Made by a program: the position numbers and the translations under genes
In this document: one piece after another, positions 16,921-26,671 of the stretch
Layout of the letters: every line of letters starts with the position of its first letter
How positions within the stretch are numbered: the stretch's first letter is position 1
NCBI GenBank assembly: GCA_035486255.1
Contig: DATHNH010000168.1
Coordinates: 1 to 38,779 of the forward strand
Source of the DNA: Solirubrobacteraceae bacterium
Lineage (GTDB): Bacteria; Actinomycetota; Thermoleophilia; Solirubrobacterales; Solirubrobacteraceae
Direction of reading: 5' to 3'
Length of the DNA stretch: 38,779 nucleotides
Notes under the pieces: model-generated
The model's database searches: none
Told to the model about the DNA's origin: nothing
The model's input: the letters and a program-made list of their open reading frames with translations, nothing else

Positions 16921-17645
16921 GGGAGGGCCTTTTGCGCGGAGACTCTGCCTCGCGCGAGGCGCCCGGGCGCGGGGCCGCCACGTCGGGGGGAGATGTCGTC
17001 AAGAAGGGCAGTCCCACCACGCGCGCTGGGGGGGAGGCGGTTGGGGAGGCTCTGGAGGAGGGCGCCATCGCAGGCGCACGCAGGAGGGTCCCCGCCGCCG
17101 AGCGGCGGGAGGCGCTGATCGCCGCCGCCGTACACGAGTTCGCCGTCAGCGGCTTGCACGGCACGCCGGTGGATCGCATAGCGAGGCGGGTAGGCGTCGC
17201 CCAACCGTACGTCTTCAGCCTGTTCGCGGGCAAGCGCGACCTGTTCCTCTCCGCCGTCGATCACTGCTTCGACCGCTTCCTCGACACGTTCGCCGGTGCC
17301 GCCGCCGAGTATCGCGCCGGACGGGCGCCCGAGGACTGTGAGGACGTCCTGATGGCGATGGGTGGCGCATACAAGCAGCTGCTGTCGACCGACCGCGACT
17401 ATTTGATGCTGCAGCACCAGGCTTACGCGGCCTGTGACGACGAGCTGGTGCGCGCGCGCGTGCGCCGCCGCTACGCCGGGCTGGTGGCGTTCGTGGAGGA
17501 GCTCTCGGGCGCCGAGCCCGAGCGTCTCGACGACTTCTTTCGTCACGGCATGGCCCTCAACGTGGCCGCGGCGATGGATGTCGCCGAGCTTTCAGCCGGC
17601 TGCTCGTGGGTACAGGCCGAGCTTGGCGAGCGCTCCAGCGGGTAG
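16917..17645 (+). CDS. TetR/AcrR family regulator
   Basis: 'AAVHEFAVSGLHGTPVDRIARRVGVAQPYVFSLFAGKRDLF' HTH; ATGA overlap with the MFS gene. Confidence 0.92.
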   Translation: MREGLLRGDSASREAPGRGAATSGGDVVKKGSPTTRAGGEAVGEALEEGAIAGARRRVPAAERREALIAAAVHEFAVSGLHGTPVDRIARRVGVAQPYVFSLFAGKRDLFLSAVDHCFDRFLDTFAGAAAEYRAGRAPEDCEDVLMAMGGAYKQLLSTDRDYLMLQHQAYAACDDELVRARVRRRYAGLVAFVEELSGAEPERLDDFFRHGMALNVAAAMDVAELSAGCSWVQAELGERSSG

Positions 17646-17660
17646 CATCAAGCTGTGGCT

Positions 17661-17903
17661 ATGTCTGATTCCACGCAGGCGCCGGTCCAAAAGCGCAGCC
17701 GCCGTGAGTTGGCACGTACCGGGGCGCTCGTCTTGCTCGCCGTATTGATGACTCTGTTTGCCGTGCTCAACGTCAAACAGGTGGAGGTCAACTGGATCTT
17801 CGGCAAGAGCTCGACGCCGCTGATCATCGTGATCGTGGTCTCACTGTTGGTAGGCATCCTGCTCACGCATTTCGCCGAGCTGCGCTACCGGCGCAGGCGC
17901 TGA
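17661..17903 (+). CDS. LapA/DUF1049-family small membrane protein
   Basis: Two TM segments around 'FAVLNVKQVEVNWIFG..TPLIIVI'. Confidence 0.8.
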   Translation: MSDSTQAPVQKRSRRELARTGALVLLAVLMTLFAVLNVKQVEVNWIFGKSSTPLIIVIVVSLLVGILLTHFAELRYRRRR

Positions 17904-17988
17904 CCGTCGAGCCCCCTCAGAGCCTGCCCGAGCATCAGCTGCCCAAAGCGGCATCCCGCGGGACGGAGCGTTTGCCAGGGTCCCAGGC

Positions 17989-19452
17989 TCAGGCGACCCT
18001 CTTGGATGCGCGCTGCTCGGCCACGATCGTCGCGGCCTTCCCGGCGCCGAGATAGGGCGTCAGCACCACATAGGCGAGGTAGTCCGATAGCTCAGGCAGC
18101 GCTCCGGTGCCACCGCCTGCGGCCTGGCAGTAGATCGTGTGCCAGATGGCTCCTTCTATACCTTCCCGGGCGAGCCCTGTAAGCGGAGGATTCGGTGCTC
18201 CCGCGATCAGGCTCGCCGTCACTTCACGCGCGAGCTCCGCGACCAGGTCCACGGCGCGCTGGCCCATCGCGAACACGCCGGTGGCGATCGTATGGGTGTA
18301 GGCAGGCCGCGCGGCGAAGTAGCTCATCATCGCGTCCAGGGAGCGGCGCACCGCGGCCGGCCATTCCAGCGAGTTCAGGCCCGGGTCCAACACGGTTTCG
18401 CGCACATCCGCGCTGAGCTTCTCGATCGCTGCCAGAAAGCACTCCTCCATGTCGTCGAACAGCTCGAAGAAGGTATCGATCGACACGTCCGCCTCGTCGG
18501 CGATGCGCATCGGTGTCAGGTTTCCGTAGCCTTCGCGCGCCGCCAGCTCCAGGGCGCTGCGTAGCACCCGAGCGCGCTCGTCCTCGCCGACTACATGGGC
18601 TTCGTTCGGGACAGCATGCAGCCTCACCCCCAGCGGGCTCGGCTCGACGGTCCTGAACACGAGCGTCCAGCTCAGCATGTCCGCCACCAGCTCGGGCATC
18701 TCCGCGGTTCGCTCCTCCAGCAGACGCACGAAAGTCGCGCGGCGCAGGCCGCCCACGATCGCCCTCGCCACCGGCTCGGGTAGGGGCGCCGCGTCCGGGG
18801 CGTGAGCGAAGCTCGCGGCGAGCCGCTCCTCGAAGATGCTCATCGTCTCGGTCAGCCGCTCCCATCCCGCCGGTCCAGCCGAGGGTGCATCCACCAGCAT
18901 CAGCCGCGCGCCCTTCGGGTTGCTCGCGACGACCTCCGCGAACCTTTTCAAGGCCGCGCCCATGCGCTCTTCGAGCGTACCCTCGGTGGAGCGATAGCCG
19001 GCCGCGATATGGCCCATCGCCTGACTCGCGATCAGATCGAGTGTCGCCAGGAAGCACTCCTCCTTGTTGGCGAACTGCTCGTAGAAGGCACGTCTGGAGA
19101 CGCCGGCGAGCATCACCACTTGCTTGACGCTCGTGCGTCCATAGCCACTGGCCGCAACCGCCTCGATCATCGCCCCATACATACGTCGACGCTGGTTCTC
19201 GGCTACCTCCAGGGGCTTCAGCTGGTGGGGCCCTCGTGGCAGGCGCTCGTACAACGGCGCCATCCTTTGTCCGTCGGGCGTGCTCGTGCCCGTCGACGCG
19301 CGTGCGCTCTGCTCGGCACCGGGCGTTTGCTCGGTGCTGTTTACGCGCGTGGCCTGTGTAGAACTATCTCGTCCGGCGCTCGACGTGCGCGCCCGTGGAG
19401 ATTGTCGAGGCGCTAGCGCGCCGCCGCCGAGGCTCTTCCCGCCCTCCGTCAA
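17989..19452 (-). CDS. Tandem (double) TetR-domain regulator; start may be 19263
   Basis: Two HTHs: 'GYGRTSVKQVVMLAGVSRRAFYEQFANKEECF' and 'GYGNLTPMRIADEADVSIDTFFELFDDMEECF'; 'LPRGPH' leader. Confidence 0.88.
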   Translation of the reverse strand: MTEGGKSLGGGALAPRQSPRARTSSAGRDSSTQATRVNSTEQTPGAEQSARASTGTSTPDGQRMAPLYERLPRGPHQLKPLEVAENQRRRMYGAMIEAVAASGYGRTSVKQVVMLAGVSRRAFYEQFANKEECFLATLDLIASQAMGHIAAGYRSTEGTLEERMGAALKRFAEVVASNPKGARLMLVDAPSAGPAGWERLTETMSIFEERLAASFAHAPDAAPLPEPVARAIVGGLRRATFVRLLEERTAEMPELVADMLSWTLVFRTVEPSPLGVRLHAVPNEAHVVGEDERARVLRSALELAAREGYGNLTPMRIADEADVSIDTFFELFDDMEECFLAAIEKLSADVRETVLDPGLNSLEWPAAVRRSLDAMMSYFAARPAYTHTIATGVFAMGQRAVDLVAELAREVTASLIAGAPNPPLTGLAREGIEGAIWHTIYCQAAGGGTGALPELSDYLAYVVLTPYLGAGKAATIVAEQRASKRVA

Positions 19453-19606
19453 CGTGTTCTATCCCCTCGAATGCTTATAACCCCTCGACTATCAAGGAGT
19501 CTTGGAAACAATATCATTCCATGTCAGAGATTTATTGTCTACGCGCATGTGGAGCCGCCTCCGAGCGGTGCTCCGCACATGAGGCTATCCGACGACCGTC
19601 CCATCG

Positions 19607-20164
19607 CTAGTGCAGCAGCGCCCTCAGCGCCAGGATCGCGGTACCCATGCTCGCCCCTGCGAGCACCTGGAGCGCCAGCTCGAGCGGCCGTGCCTTCGAG
19701 CGAACCCCAGCCACCAGCTCGAACGCGATCAGGCTGGCAACCGTAGTCCACACGGCCGCTGTCACCGCGGTGGTCTGGCCGGCGCCCGCTCCCCACGCCA
19801 CCATCAGGGCCAGCAGCGGCACGCCCGAGCCCTTGGCGATCGACCAGTCGTGCGCGAACGTCCGCCACAGCTCCTCCCAGCTGAAGGGCTCGTGCTCGAC
19901 CAAGCGCAATCCCAGCACGTCGGAGTAGGAGTGCGCGAACCAGTAGAGCAACATCGCGATCGCTGCCGAGCCGACCGTCTCGGGATAGGTGTCGCGCAAG
20001 CCGCTCTCGGCGGCGAGCACCGCGCCGACAGTAATCAGCCCGTAGACGGCCCCCGCGGGGTTGCGCTCCGGCACGATCCAGCGGGCCACGCGCTCCGCCA
20101 AGCCCCGGCTCGCGGCCCCGGGCTCAGTTGGTTCTGCCTGCTGCTGTGGCGGTGAGTGCTCCAT
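19607..20164 (-). CDS. Integral membrane protein
   Basis: 185 aa, about 5 TM helices, 'AVYGLITVGAVLAAE' and 'YWFAHSYS'. Confidence 0.8.
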   Translation of the reverse strand: MEHSPPQQQAEPTEPGAASRGLAERVARWIVPERNPAGAVYGLITVGAVLAAESGLRDTYPETVGSAAIAMLLYWFAHSYSDVLGLRLVEHEPFSWEELWRTFAHDWSIAKGSGVPLLALMVAWGAGAGQTTAVTAAVWTTVASLIAFELVAGVRSKARPLELALQVLAGASMGTAILALRALLH

Positions 20165-20417
20165 ACGTGAGCTCGACCTGCGTCAAGTGCCAGGCGATGG
20201 TAGCCGCCAGGTCTCCCGTCTGGCCCAAAGCTTGCGCCGGTGGGGGTGGCACTACTGCGAGAGGGGATCGCCGTCGCCAGAGCAGGAACGAGACAAGGCA
20301 GATCGCCGCCACCACAAGCGCCACGACGCCGTGCCGGGTGGGAGCGACAGCGTAGTAGCGAGTCAGCCTCACAAGCTGAAGTCTCACGCGTAGATCGGTC
20401 GTGCGTTTCGCCCCCAC
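20124..20417 (-). CDS. Possible small membrane protein or gene remnant
   Basis: One TM helix followed by 'LLWRRRSPLAV'; overlaps the next gene by 41 bp, so doubtful. Confidence 0.3.
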   Translation of the reverse strand: MGAKRTTDLRVRLQLVRLTRYYAVAPTRHGVVALVVAAICLVSFLLWRRRSPLAVVPPPPAQALGQTGDLAATIAWHLTQVELTYGALTATAAGRTN

Positions 20418-20586
20418 GGGATGCTCCAGGAGCCATGCCCAAACTCGGTCTCCGCGCGCGTCAGAACCCGTCTCCGACCGAGTGTGGAGCCTTCCTCAAA
20501 CCTAGGCAGCGCTTCCCGGCGCCCCCCCCCGTGCACTCACGGACGTGACCGCGGCTGTCTAGTCGAATACGGCGAATCACCGCAGT

Positions 20587-20618
20587 CGGCCGCCGGAGAT
20601 CAATGATTCCGGCGGCCG
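20587..20618 (-). terminator. GC-rich hairpin downstream of the secreted-protein gene
   Basis: CGGCCGCCGGA...TCCGGCGGCCG, 11-bp stem, 12 nt after the stop. Confidence 0.6.
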
Positions 20619-20630
20619 TAAGAGAAATCA

Positions 20631-21317
20631 TCAACTCACGGACGATATGCCGAGCGTTCCAGATAATATGCTGATTAAACCTTCGATAACCTGGGCTTTA
20701 CCTGCGCCGTTACCGCCAATCGAACAGTTCCCGTTTGGCGTTATTGTTTCGGCGGTCAGCAGGACATCGCTGGAGCCATTTGAGGCCCGTCCGCCCGAAT
20801 GTTCCAGCGAGGTACAGTCATCGGTCGATTTGATGCCAAAGACCGTACATTCGACTTCGTAGCCTGCCGCTGACATGAGGCCTAAGACCGCGAATACTCC
20901 AGCAGGTTCTTCTAACTCGAGCAGCGAATGCCAGGGTAGGCCGACTGGCACAACTTTCCCCGCCGCTTCGCACCCCGTCTGCTTTTCACAGGACAGTGGT
21001 CTTCCTCCTTCAATTTTTTCGCCAGATAAATTTAACATTTCGGTGACTTCACTCTCGCCGTTGGGCCCGACCGAGCCATCGAATATACTTTCGCAGACGA
21101 CCGCAACTTTGCCGATGATGGGCACTTTTTCGTCTTCGAGTAATAGCTTCTCTTCGATCGTGATCGACGTTAACGAGACGATCGCGCTCCCAGAGTTTAA
21201 CCACGATGCCGATAATGTTTCCACAGCAAAAGCCGAACTTGTCATAGTTGCACTGAGCCCGACTGTGGCTAGGAGCGCCCATCGAAGCGCATAATGCTTC
21301 TTTACCATTAGATCCAT
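20631..21317 (-). CDS. Secreted Cys-containing hypothetical protein, visibly lower GC
   Basis: AAGGAAAGG SD; signal peptide ending 'SSAFA'; 6 Cys; 'GLPWHSLL'. Confidence 0.75.
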   Translation of the reverse strand: MDLMVKKHYALRWALLATVGLSATMTSSAFAVETLSASWLNSGSAIVSLTSITIEEKLLLEDEKVPIIGKVAVVCESIFDGSVGPNGESEVTEMLNLSGEKIEGGRPLSCEKQTGCEAAGKVVPVGLPWHSLLELEEPAGVFAVLGLMSAAGYEVECTVFGIKSTDDCTSLEHSGGRASNGSSDVLLTAETITPNGNCSIGGNGAGKAQVIEGLISILSGTLGISSVS

Positions 21318-21524
21318 CCTTTCCTTTGCCTGGAGTCGAGGGGGCTGATTCCAGGCAGGCTGTGCTAGGGCGGACGGAACAACGTCTATGGTCAAGAGCT
21401 TGTGGCCAGCCGATTGAATCGTCCGAATAGTCCAAAAAAATCAAATTTGTCAACAGGGTAACAGGCTTCCCCCTGGAAATCAAGATTTGTGCCAATACCA
21501 GCCCAAGTGCGCTGGCGCGTAGTT

Positions 21525-21552
21525 ACTAAGGGGTTTCTCACGACAAGCTGAC
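21525..21552 (+). promoter_or_regulatory. 11-bp-spaced hexamer direct repeats (ACTAAG/TCTCAC/GCTGAC), OmpR-family (MprA-like) box candidate
   Basis: Upstream of GT39; a similar box lies at 25785-25811. Confidence 0.45.
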
Positions 21553-21608
21553 CCACGATTTATATGCGCGCTCGATGCTTCGCCAATGTTCCTCGCCGGC
21601 GCAATAGC

Positions 21609-23273
21609 GTGAGCGTGATCGAGGCCTTTGCTCCTGCGACCAAGCCGCCAGAGACGTCCGTAAGTCGAACTTCCTCGCGCACAGGTCGGTGGAGATGGCT
21701 CGCGATCGGCCTGGTACTTGCGTTCGCCTGCGCGCTGCGCCTGTGGAAGCTCCAGGACGTCCCCGGCAACGTCTTCTACGACGCGGCCGTGCGCAGCATG
21801 GGCGTCTCCTGGCACAACTTCTTCTTCGGTGCGCTGGAGCCCGGGGGAACCGTCTCGATCGACAAGCCGCCGGTCGATCTGTGGCTGCAGGTGGCAACCA
21901 CACGCGTGTTCGGGTTTGGACTCCTCGGCCTGCACCTTCCCGAGGCGCTCGGCGGTGTCGCCGCATGTGGGTTGCTCTTTGGCGCCCTGCGACGACCATT
22001 CGGTTATGTGGCGGCGCTGTCGGCGGCGCTTGCGCTCGCGCTGTTGCCGGTGTCGGTGCTGACCGCCCGCAGCGACACGATGGACTCGGTTCTGGCGGCG
22101 CTGGAGGTAGCCGCGCTGTGGTTGTCATGGCGGGCGCTCGAGAGCGGACGCCTGCGCTGGTCGGTGGCGGCAGCCGCGGCGATGGGCCTGGCTTTCGAGG
22201 TCAAGCTCACGGAGATGCTGATAGCGCTCCCGGCCATGGGGTTGCTGTGGCTGTGGGCGGCTGCGCCCGGAGCACGCATACGTGCCCTGCTAGCCACGGG
22301 CGCAACGTTTGCCGCCGTGGCGCTGTCCTGGACGGTGATCGCGTCGCTGACGCCCACGGGCCGGCGCCCCTTTCCGATCGGCTCGTCCAACGGGAGCATC
22401 TGGCACGTGACGCTCATATACGACGGTCTGGGCCGTCTCGCCGGTCACGGGGCAACCGGAATGACCGAAGGGGGAGCCGGCCCGCTGCGCCTCTTGAGCG
22501 CGGGCCCGATGCAGTACTGGACCCTGATCGGCATTGCACTGCTCGCCACCTGCCTGCTCGCGGCGGCGGCGCTCGCCGTGGTCCTCTTGGATGACCGCGA
22601 GCATGTGCGAGCGGCGATGCTGGAGCCGTCGGGACGGCTTGCCCTCGGAATCCTCGTGTGGTTTGTCACCGGCCTTGTCGCCTTCAGCGCGATGGAACGG
22701 CTGCAACCGCGCTATCTGGAGGCGTTCGCGCCCGCGCTGTGCACGGTGTTCGGGCTGTCGCTGAGCGTGTTGTGGAACCGCGGTGCACGTCACAACCCAA
22801 CCCCCCCGGGAGGCCGCACAAGCCATCGAGCGTCTGTGTTTCCGTTTCGAGTCCTACTTCTGTGCCTCGGGGCTTGCCTGCTGGCGATCTCTCTGGACAA
22901 GGACGCCTACATCGTGAACCGCGCGCGCACCGACTCGCTGCTGACCGACTTCGGTACTCCTTCCCTCAGTCGCTATCTGAGAGCCCATCGCGACGGTGCC
23001 CGCTACGAGGTCGCGAGCGCGAACGTCAACGATGTCATCGGGCTCATCGCCCGCGACGATCAGCCAGTGCTCATCCTCAACAGCGTGGACGGATCGCTCA
23101 CGCGCACGAGGAACCTGCAAGCCCAGGTGACCGCGGGGCACGTGCGCTTCTACTTCCTTGTGCCGCACACTTGCCATATGGGCCGCCACTGTGCCGGCAA
23201 CCAGATCTGGGCCTTTGCCCATAGCACCCCTGTGCCGGGTCAACCCGATCTTCGCCGTTTCACCGCACCCTGA
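21609..23273 (+). CDS. Glycosyltransferase family 39 (ArnT/PMT-like)
   Basis: 'NVFYDAAVRSMGVSWHNFFFGA', 'SIDKPP', 'ARSDTMD' and 'GLAFEVK'; many TM helices; start uncertain. Confidence 0.9.
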   Translation: MSVIEAFAPATKPPETSVSRTSSRTGRWRWLAIGLVLAFACALRLWKLQDVPGNVFYDAAVRSMGVSWHNFFFGALEPGGTVSIDKPPVDLWLQVATTRVFGFGLLGLHLPEALGGVAACGLLFGALRRPFGYVAALSAALALALLPVSVLTARSDTMDSVLAALEVAALWLSWRALESGRLRWSVAAAAAMGLAFEVKLTEMLIALPAMGLLWLWAAAPGARIRALLATGATFAAVALSWTVIASLTPTGRRPFPIGSSNGSIWHVTLIYDGLGRLAGHGATGMTEGGAGPLRLLSAGPMQYWTLIGIALLATCLLAAAALAVVLLDDREHVRAAMLEPSGRLALGILVWFVTGLVAFSAMERLQPRYLEAFAPALCTVFGLSLSVLWNRGARHNPTPPGGRTSHRASVFPFRVLLLCLGACLLAISLDKDAYIVNRARTDSLLTDFGTPSLSRYLRAHRDGARYEVASANVNDVIGLIARDDQPVLILNSVDGSLTRTRNLQAQVTAGHVRFYFLVPHTCHMGRHCAGNQIWAFAHSTPVPGQPDLRRFTAP

Positions 23274-23361
23274 GCTCGATGGCAATGTGACGTCTCTCAT
23301 AGCGCGTTTGCCGCACACCATTTGTGCAGCCGTGCGTTACGCCGCGGCCATGGGACCTGGC

Positions 23362-24441
23362 TCAGCTCGGCGTGACTGTCGCGGTGAGAATCTCGTCGTG
23401 CACATGACCGCCTGCGTCGCGCCCGCCGGCGATCACGATATGTCCTTCGAGTGACACTGCCGCGAGGTCTGAGAGTCCAACGGGGAGCAGTCCGACGAGA
23501 TTGACCTTGCCTGTCTGCGATATCGAGAGGATCCCGCGCGTTTGGCTCGTGGGCGAGGAGCCACGTCCGCCGAGCACGATCATTGTCCCGTTGATGGAGG
23601 TCGCGGCTGCGTGCGTGAGGGGGTCTGGCAGCAGTCCGATCGTTGACACCGCTCCCGTGGAGGGGTCGAAGCGGTAAATGTCGTAGCTGGCAGTTTCGCC
23701 GCTCGTGCCGCCGGCGATCACGAGTTGCCCTCCGACCGTGGAGACTGCGGCGTAGCGCAACGGCTTGGGGAGCATCCCGGCGGTGCGTGCCGGCCCGCCG
23801 GGATGCCAGGCGAGGATCGTACGCAGCGGCGTTACGCCGGTGTAGCCGCCGACTATATAGACGGTTTCCCCAATAACGGCACTCGCAACGTCGGAGGCCG
23901 GTGTGGGCAGTTCGCCCGCCGGCTGGGTTCTGCCGCCGGCATCAATCTTGGTGATCTGTGGGAACGAGCTCACCACGCCGCCGCCGAATACGTAGGCGTC
24001 TCCGGCGGTGAAGCTCGCGGATGCGTCGTGCAGCGCAGCCGGCATGGTCGCGATAGTGCGCGCCCGCGAGCTGGTCGCGCTGACGATGCGCGCGAGCGAT
24101 GTTTCGGCTTGGTCGAGGCCGCCGATCAGCAGAAAGCTACTTGGAGTCACCACCGCGGCAGCCGCGTCTTGCTCGGCTATCGGGAGCGTGCCCGTTTGCG
24201 CGACCGTCACGCGTGTGCCCGCGAGCGCGGGCGAGCGCGAGGCGCTCATCGCGCGTGTCGCTCCTGTTGATCGTGTGCCGGTCTGCTTCGAAGGGGCGCC
24301 TTTGCCGCCACCCCAAAGGATCGACGCGAGCACGATCACGACGAGCGCCAGCGTGAGCGCCATGCCGAAGCGTCGCCTTTGTATCCGCCGTCGGCGCGTC
24401 GCATGTCGCGCCGAGCGTGAGCTCGATCGAGCGGAGCTCAT
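23362..24441 (-). CDS. Membrane-anchored Kelch-repeat protein
   Basis: Arg-rich N-terminus and TM helix; six GG-type repeats (LLIGG, YVFGG, YIVGG, VIAGG, IVLGG, VIAGG). Confidence 0.85.
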   Translation of the reverse strand: MSSARSSSRSARHATRRRRIQRRRFGMALTLALVVIVLASILWGGGKGAPSKQTGTRSTGATRAMSASRSPALAGTRVTVAQTGTLPIAEQDAAAAVVTPSSFLLIGGLDQAETSLARIVSATSSRARTIATMPAALHDASASFTAGDAYVFGGGVVSSFPQITKIDAGGRTQPAGELPTPASDVASAVIGETVYIVGGYTGVTPLRTILAWHPGGPARTAGMLPKPLRYAAVSTVGGQLVIAGGTSGETASYDIYRFDPSTGAVSTIGLLPDPLTHAAATSINGTMIVLGGRGSSPTSQTRGILSISQTGKVNLVGLLPVGLSDLAAVSLEGHIVIAGGRDAGGHVHDEILTATVTPS

Positions 24442-24445
24442 CGGC

Positions 24446-25726
24446 TCAGGGGTGCACCACGGCCGCGTAGTCCGGCAACCCGTTGCGACCGGACGGGATG
24501 AAGTCCATGCCGTCGGGCGTGTTCAGATACCCGTGAGAAGTACCCGGTTTTTCGATATGGCCGTACTGCCAAACGATCCTGTTCGTGCGCGGGTCGATCA
24601 CGACGACGCGGTCGCGATAATCGTCGTTGACCGCCACGTTGCCGTTAGGTAGTGGCATCGCCAGAGACGGATGGTTTAGCTCACCGGATCCGGAGGGAGG
24701 CCCGTAGCGCCAGAGAACATGTCCGTGCCGGTTTATGATCAACACATGACCCGGGGTGGCGTAGTCGGCGAGTAGGATCCGCCCGCCCGGGAGAGGTTGT
24801 GGGTCCGAGGGGTAGCTGACCGGCGCTTTGACGGCAAATGAGAGACCGCCCCGCCCGTTGATTGCGTCGATCCAGCTGCCTTCGATCTCGCTCACGAGCA
24901 CACCACCACCGGGCATTGGCGTATCGCCGTTGACGGCTCCGAGATAGCGTGGTGGGTCGTGGCGGCAGGTCCCTGAGCTCCCGTACTGGCGCACGATCGA
25001 GTGTGCCTTGATGAACAGGATCCTGCAGTTGTATGCATCCGCCACCGTGAAGGTGCCGTCCGGCAGCATGTAAGCGTCGTCGGGGGTTTTCAGGTGGGTT
25101 CGATCAGGGCCTTCTTTGCCAGGATGGCCGAACAGGACTTCGAGGTTGTGGTCGGCAAGCGTCACTTGCACGATCGCGTGGTTGTCCTCCTCGTTGCTGA
25201 TCAGCGCGTTGCCGCCGGGCTCGACGAACGTGTCGTCGTCGAAGATCAGCTTGCGGCCCTTGGCCAGATCTTCGGGTGTCGGGTAGAGAAACACGATTTC
25301 GTGGCGCGGGTTGACGACGAGAATGCGGTTGTTGCCGCGGTCGGCGATCAGCAGGTAGCCCGGCAAGCCGGCAAGCTTGGAGGACGCCTGGTAGGCGACG
25401 GCGGTTCCAGGCTGCAAGCCCACGACGTTCCGCGGCGACCACAGCGCGGCCAAGCCACCCACCGAGGCGGGGGCCAGCGGACCACCGGGTACGACGGCCG
25501 GCATGGCGGCTGGGTCCGAGGCGGACTCACTCTTGGGGCCGCCACGTGACTTCGACGCTTCGCCGCCTGAGCTCGCCGCTACGGCGACGACGACGAGCGC
25601 GACAAGTGCGATCGGGATTGCCCAGCGACGCCGGCGCCGCGCTCGTTCAGTCTCGCGACGGCGCCTGATCCTACGCGCGTCCGTGCCCGGGGTCGAAGAG
25701 TCGAGTGAGTCGTAGTCGTTGGGCAT
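24446..25726 (-). CDS. Membrane-anchored NHL/PQQ-like beta-propeller protein
   Basis: 'LLIADRGNNRILVV', 'TPDDAYMLPDG..VADAYNCR', 'YPSDPQPL', 'LNHPSLA' and 'LNTPDGMD'. Confidence 0.85.
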   Translation of the reverse strand: MPNDYDSLDSSTPGTDARRIRRRRETERARRRRRWAIPIALVALVVVAVAASSGGEASKSRGGPKSESASDPAAMPAVVPGGPLAPASVGGLAALWSPRNVVGLQPGTAVAYQASSKLAGLPGYLLIADRGNNRILVVNPRHEIVFLYPTPEDLAKGRKLIFDDDTFVEPGGNALISNEEDNHAIVQVTLADHNLEVLFGHPGKEGPDRTHLKTPDDAYMLPDGTFTVADAYNCRILFIKAHSIVRQYGSSGTCRHDPPRYLGAVNGDTPMPGGGVLVSEIEGSWIDAINGRGGLSFAVKAPVSYPSDPQPLPGGRILLADYATPGHVLIINRHGHVLWRYGPPSGSGELNHPSLAMPLPNGNVAVNDDYRDRVVVIDPRTNRIVWQYGHIEKPGTSHGYLNTPDGMDFIPSGRNGLPDYAAVVHP

Positions 25727-25784
25727 CCCGAGGACCCACGCGCCGCGGGCAACGGTAGCCTCACGTCACCGAATAAACTCGGCC

Positions 25785-25811
25785 GTAAGAGTCGGTGAGA
25801 CTTCCCTTAGA
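25785..25811 (-). promoter_or_regulatory. Hexamer direct repeats TCTAAG/TCTCAC/TCTTAC, OmpR-family box candidate
   Basis: Minus strand CTAAGGGAAGTCTCACCGAC vs CTAAGGGGTTTCTCACGAC upstream of GT39. Confidence 0.45.
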
Positions 25812-25961
25812 GCCTTCGGTAGAGCCGCACGTCTGTGGCGGCCGATCGCTTTCGTGATGTGGCGTCCTCGGAGTTAGACCTTGGACCACCAACCTTCACC
25901 CGCGTCCTCGTCTCGCTCGATACTCAACCACCCAAGCTGCATGACCACAACCGAGGTAGCT

Positions 25962-26396
25962 TTAGCCGGATCGACTGACGAGCGTCCCGCCCCACTCCTC
26001 GGGGGCGACGTCGGCAAGTGTCTCGGAGAACGTCCATTGGTGGCCTGCCGGATCCTCGGCGGTGTACTGCCGCTCGCCGTAGGCGAAGTCGGTCGGCTCC
26101 ATGACGATCCGCGCGCCGTTGGCCCTCGCGTGCTCGCAGTGGGCCCGCGCGTCTTGCACGCGCACCATCACCGAGTGCGTGACCTCGCCGGCCCGCGGCG
26201 GCCGGCGGTCATGGCGCACATCGCCGACGATGACGGCTCCATCGCCGAAGCTGAGTTGGGATCGGTGGTCCTCGCCGATGCGCACGCGCTCGGCAAATCC
26301 GAACGCCGAGCTCAACCAGTCGACCGCTTCGCGAACGTCGGGGTAGATGAGCACCGGAATGACGGTGGACCGTGGGATCGAACGGTTGGGTTTCAT
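25962..26396 (-). CDS. VOC/glyoxalase family protein
   Basis: 'VIPVLIYPDVREAVDWLSSAFGF' and 'PTDFAYGERQYTAEDPAGHQWTF'. Confidence 0.92.
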   Translation of the reverse strand: MKPNRSIPRSTVIPVLIYPDVREAVDWLSSAFGFAERVRIGEDHRSQLSFGDGAVIVGDVRHDRRPPRAGEVTHSVMVRVQDARAHCEHARANGARIVMEPTDFAYGERQYTAEDPAGHQWTFSETLADVAPEEWGGTLVSRSG

Positions 26397-26476
26397 GCTC
26401 GGTTCGGTGAGAGTCTCAGCCGTGACAACTACGTCAAGACCATGTCGATCGCGGATAGCGGAACGGTAACGAGGTA

Positions 26477-26522
26477 GAGCCGACGTCGGGATTCGAACCG
26501 AGACCTCTCGTTTACCATGAGA
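26477..26522 (-). repeat. Diverged 3'-half copy of tRNA-Thr(GGT); probable att-site scar
   Basis: TCTCATGGTAAACGAGAGGTCTCGGTTCGAATCCCGACGTCGGCTC shares ATGGTAA, GAGGTC, GGTTCGA and CGTCGGCTC with the intact tRNA; no 5' half. Confidence 0.75.
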
Positions 26523-26671
26523 AGCCCCCAGGGACGCCCTATTGCTAGGTAGAGCGCCATTTTTGACTCCTGTGCTGGGGATTTGCCGTCCTCCTCGCCT
26601 TGCAGACAAGAGAGGACAACCGTGGACAAAAATGGTATCGAACTGCGGTGACGTTGCGGTGAGAAATCGAG

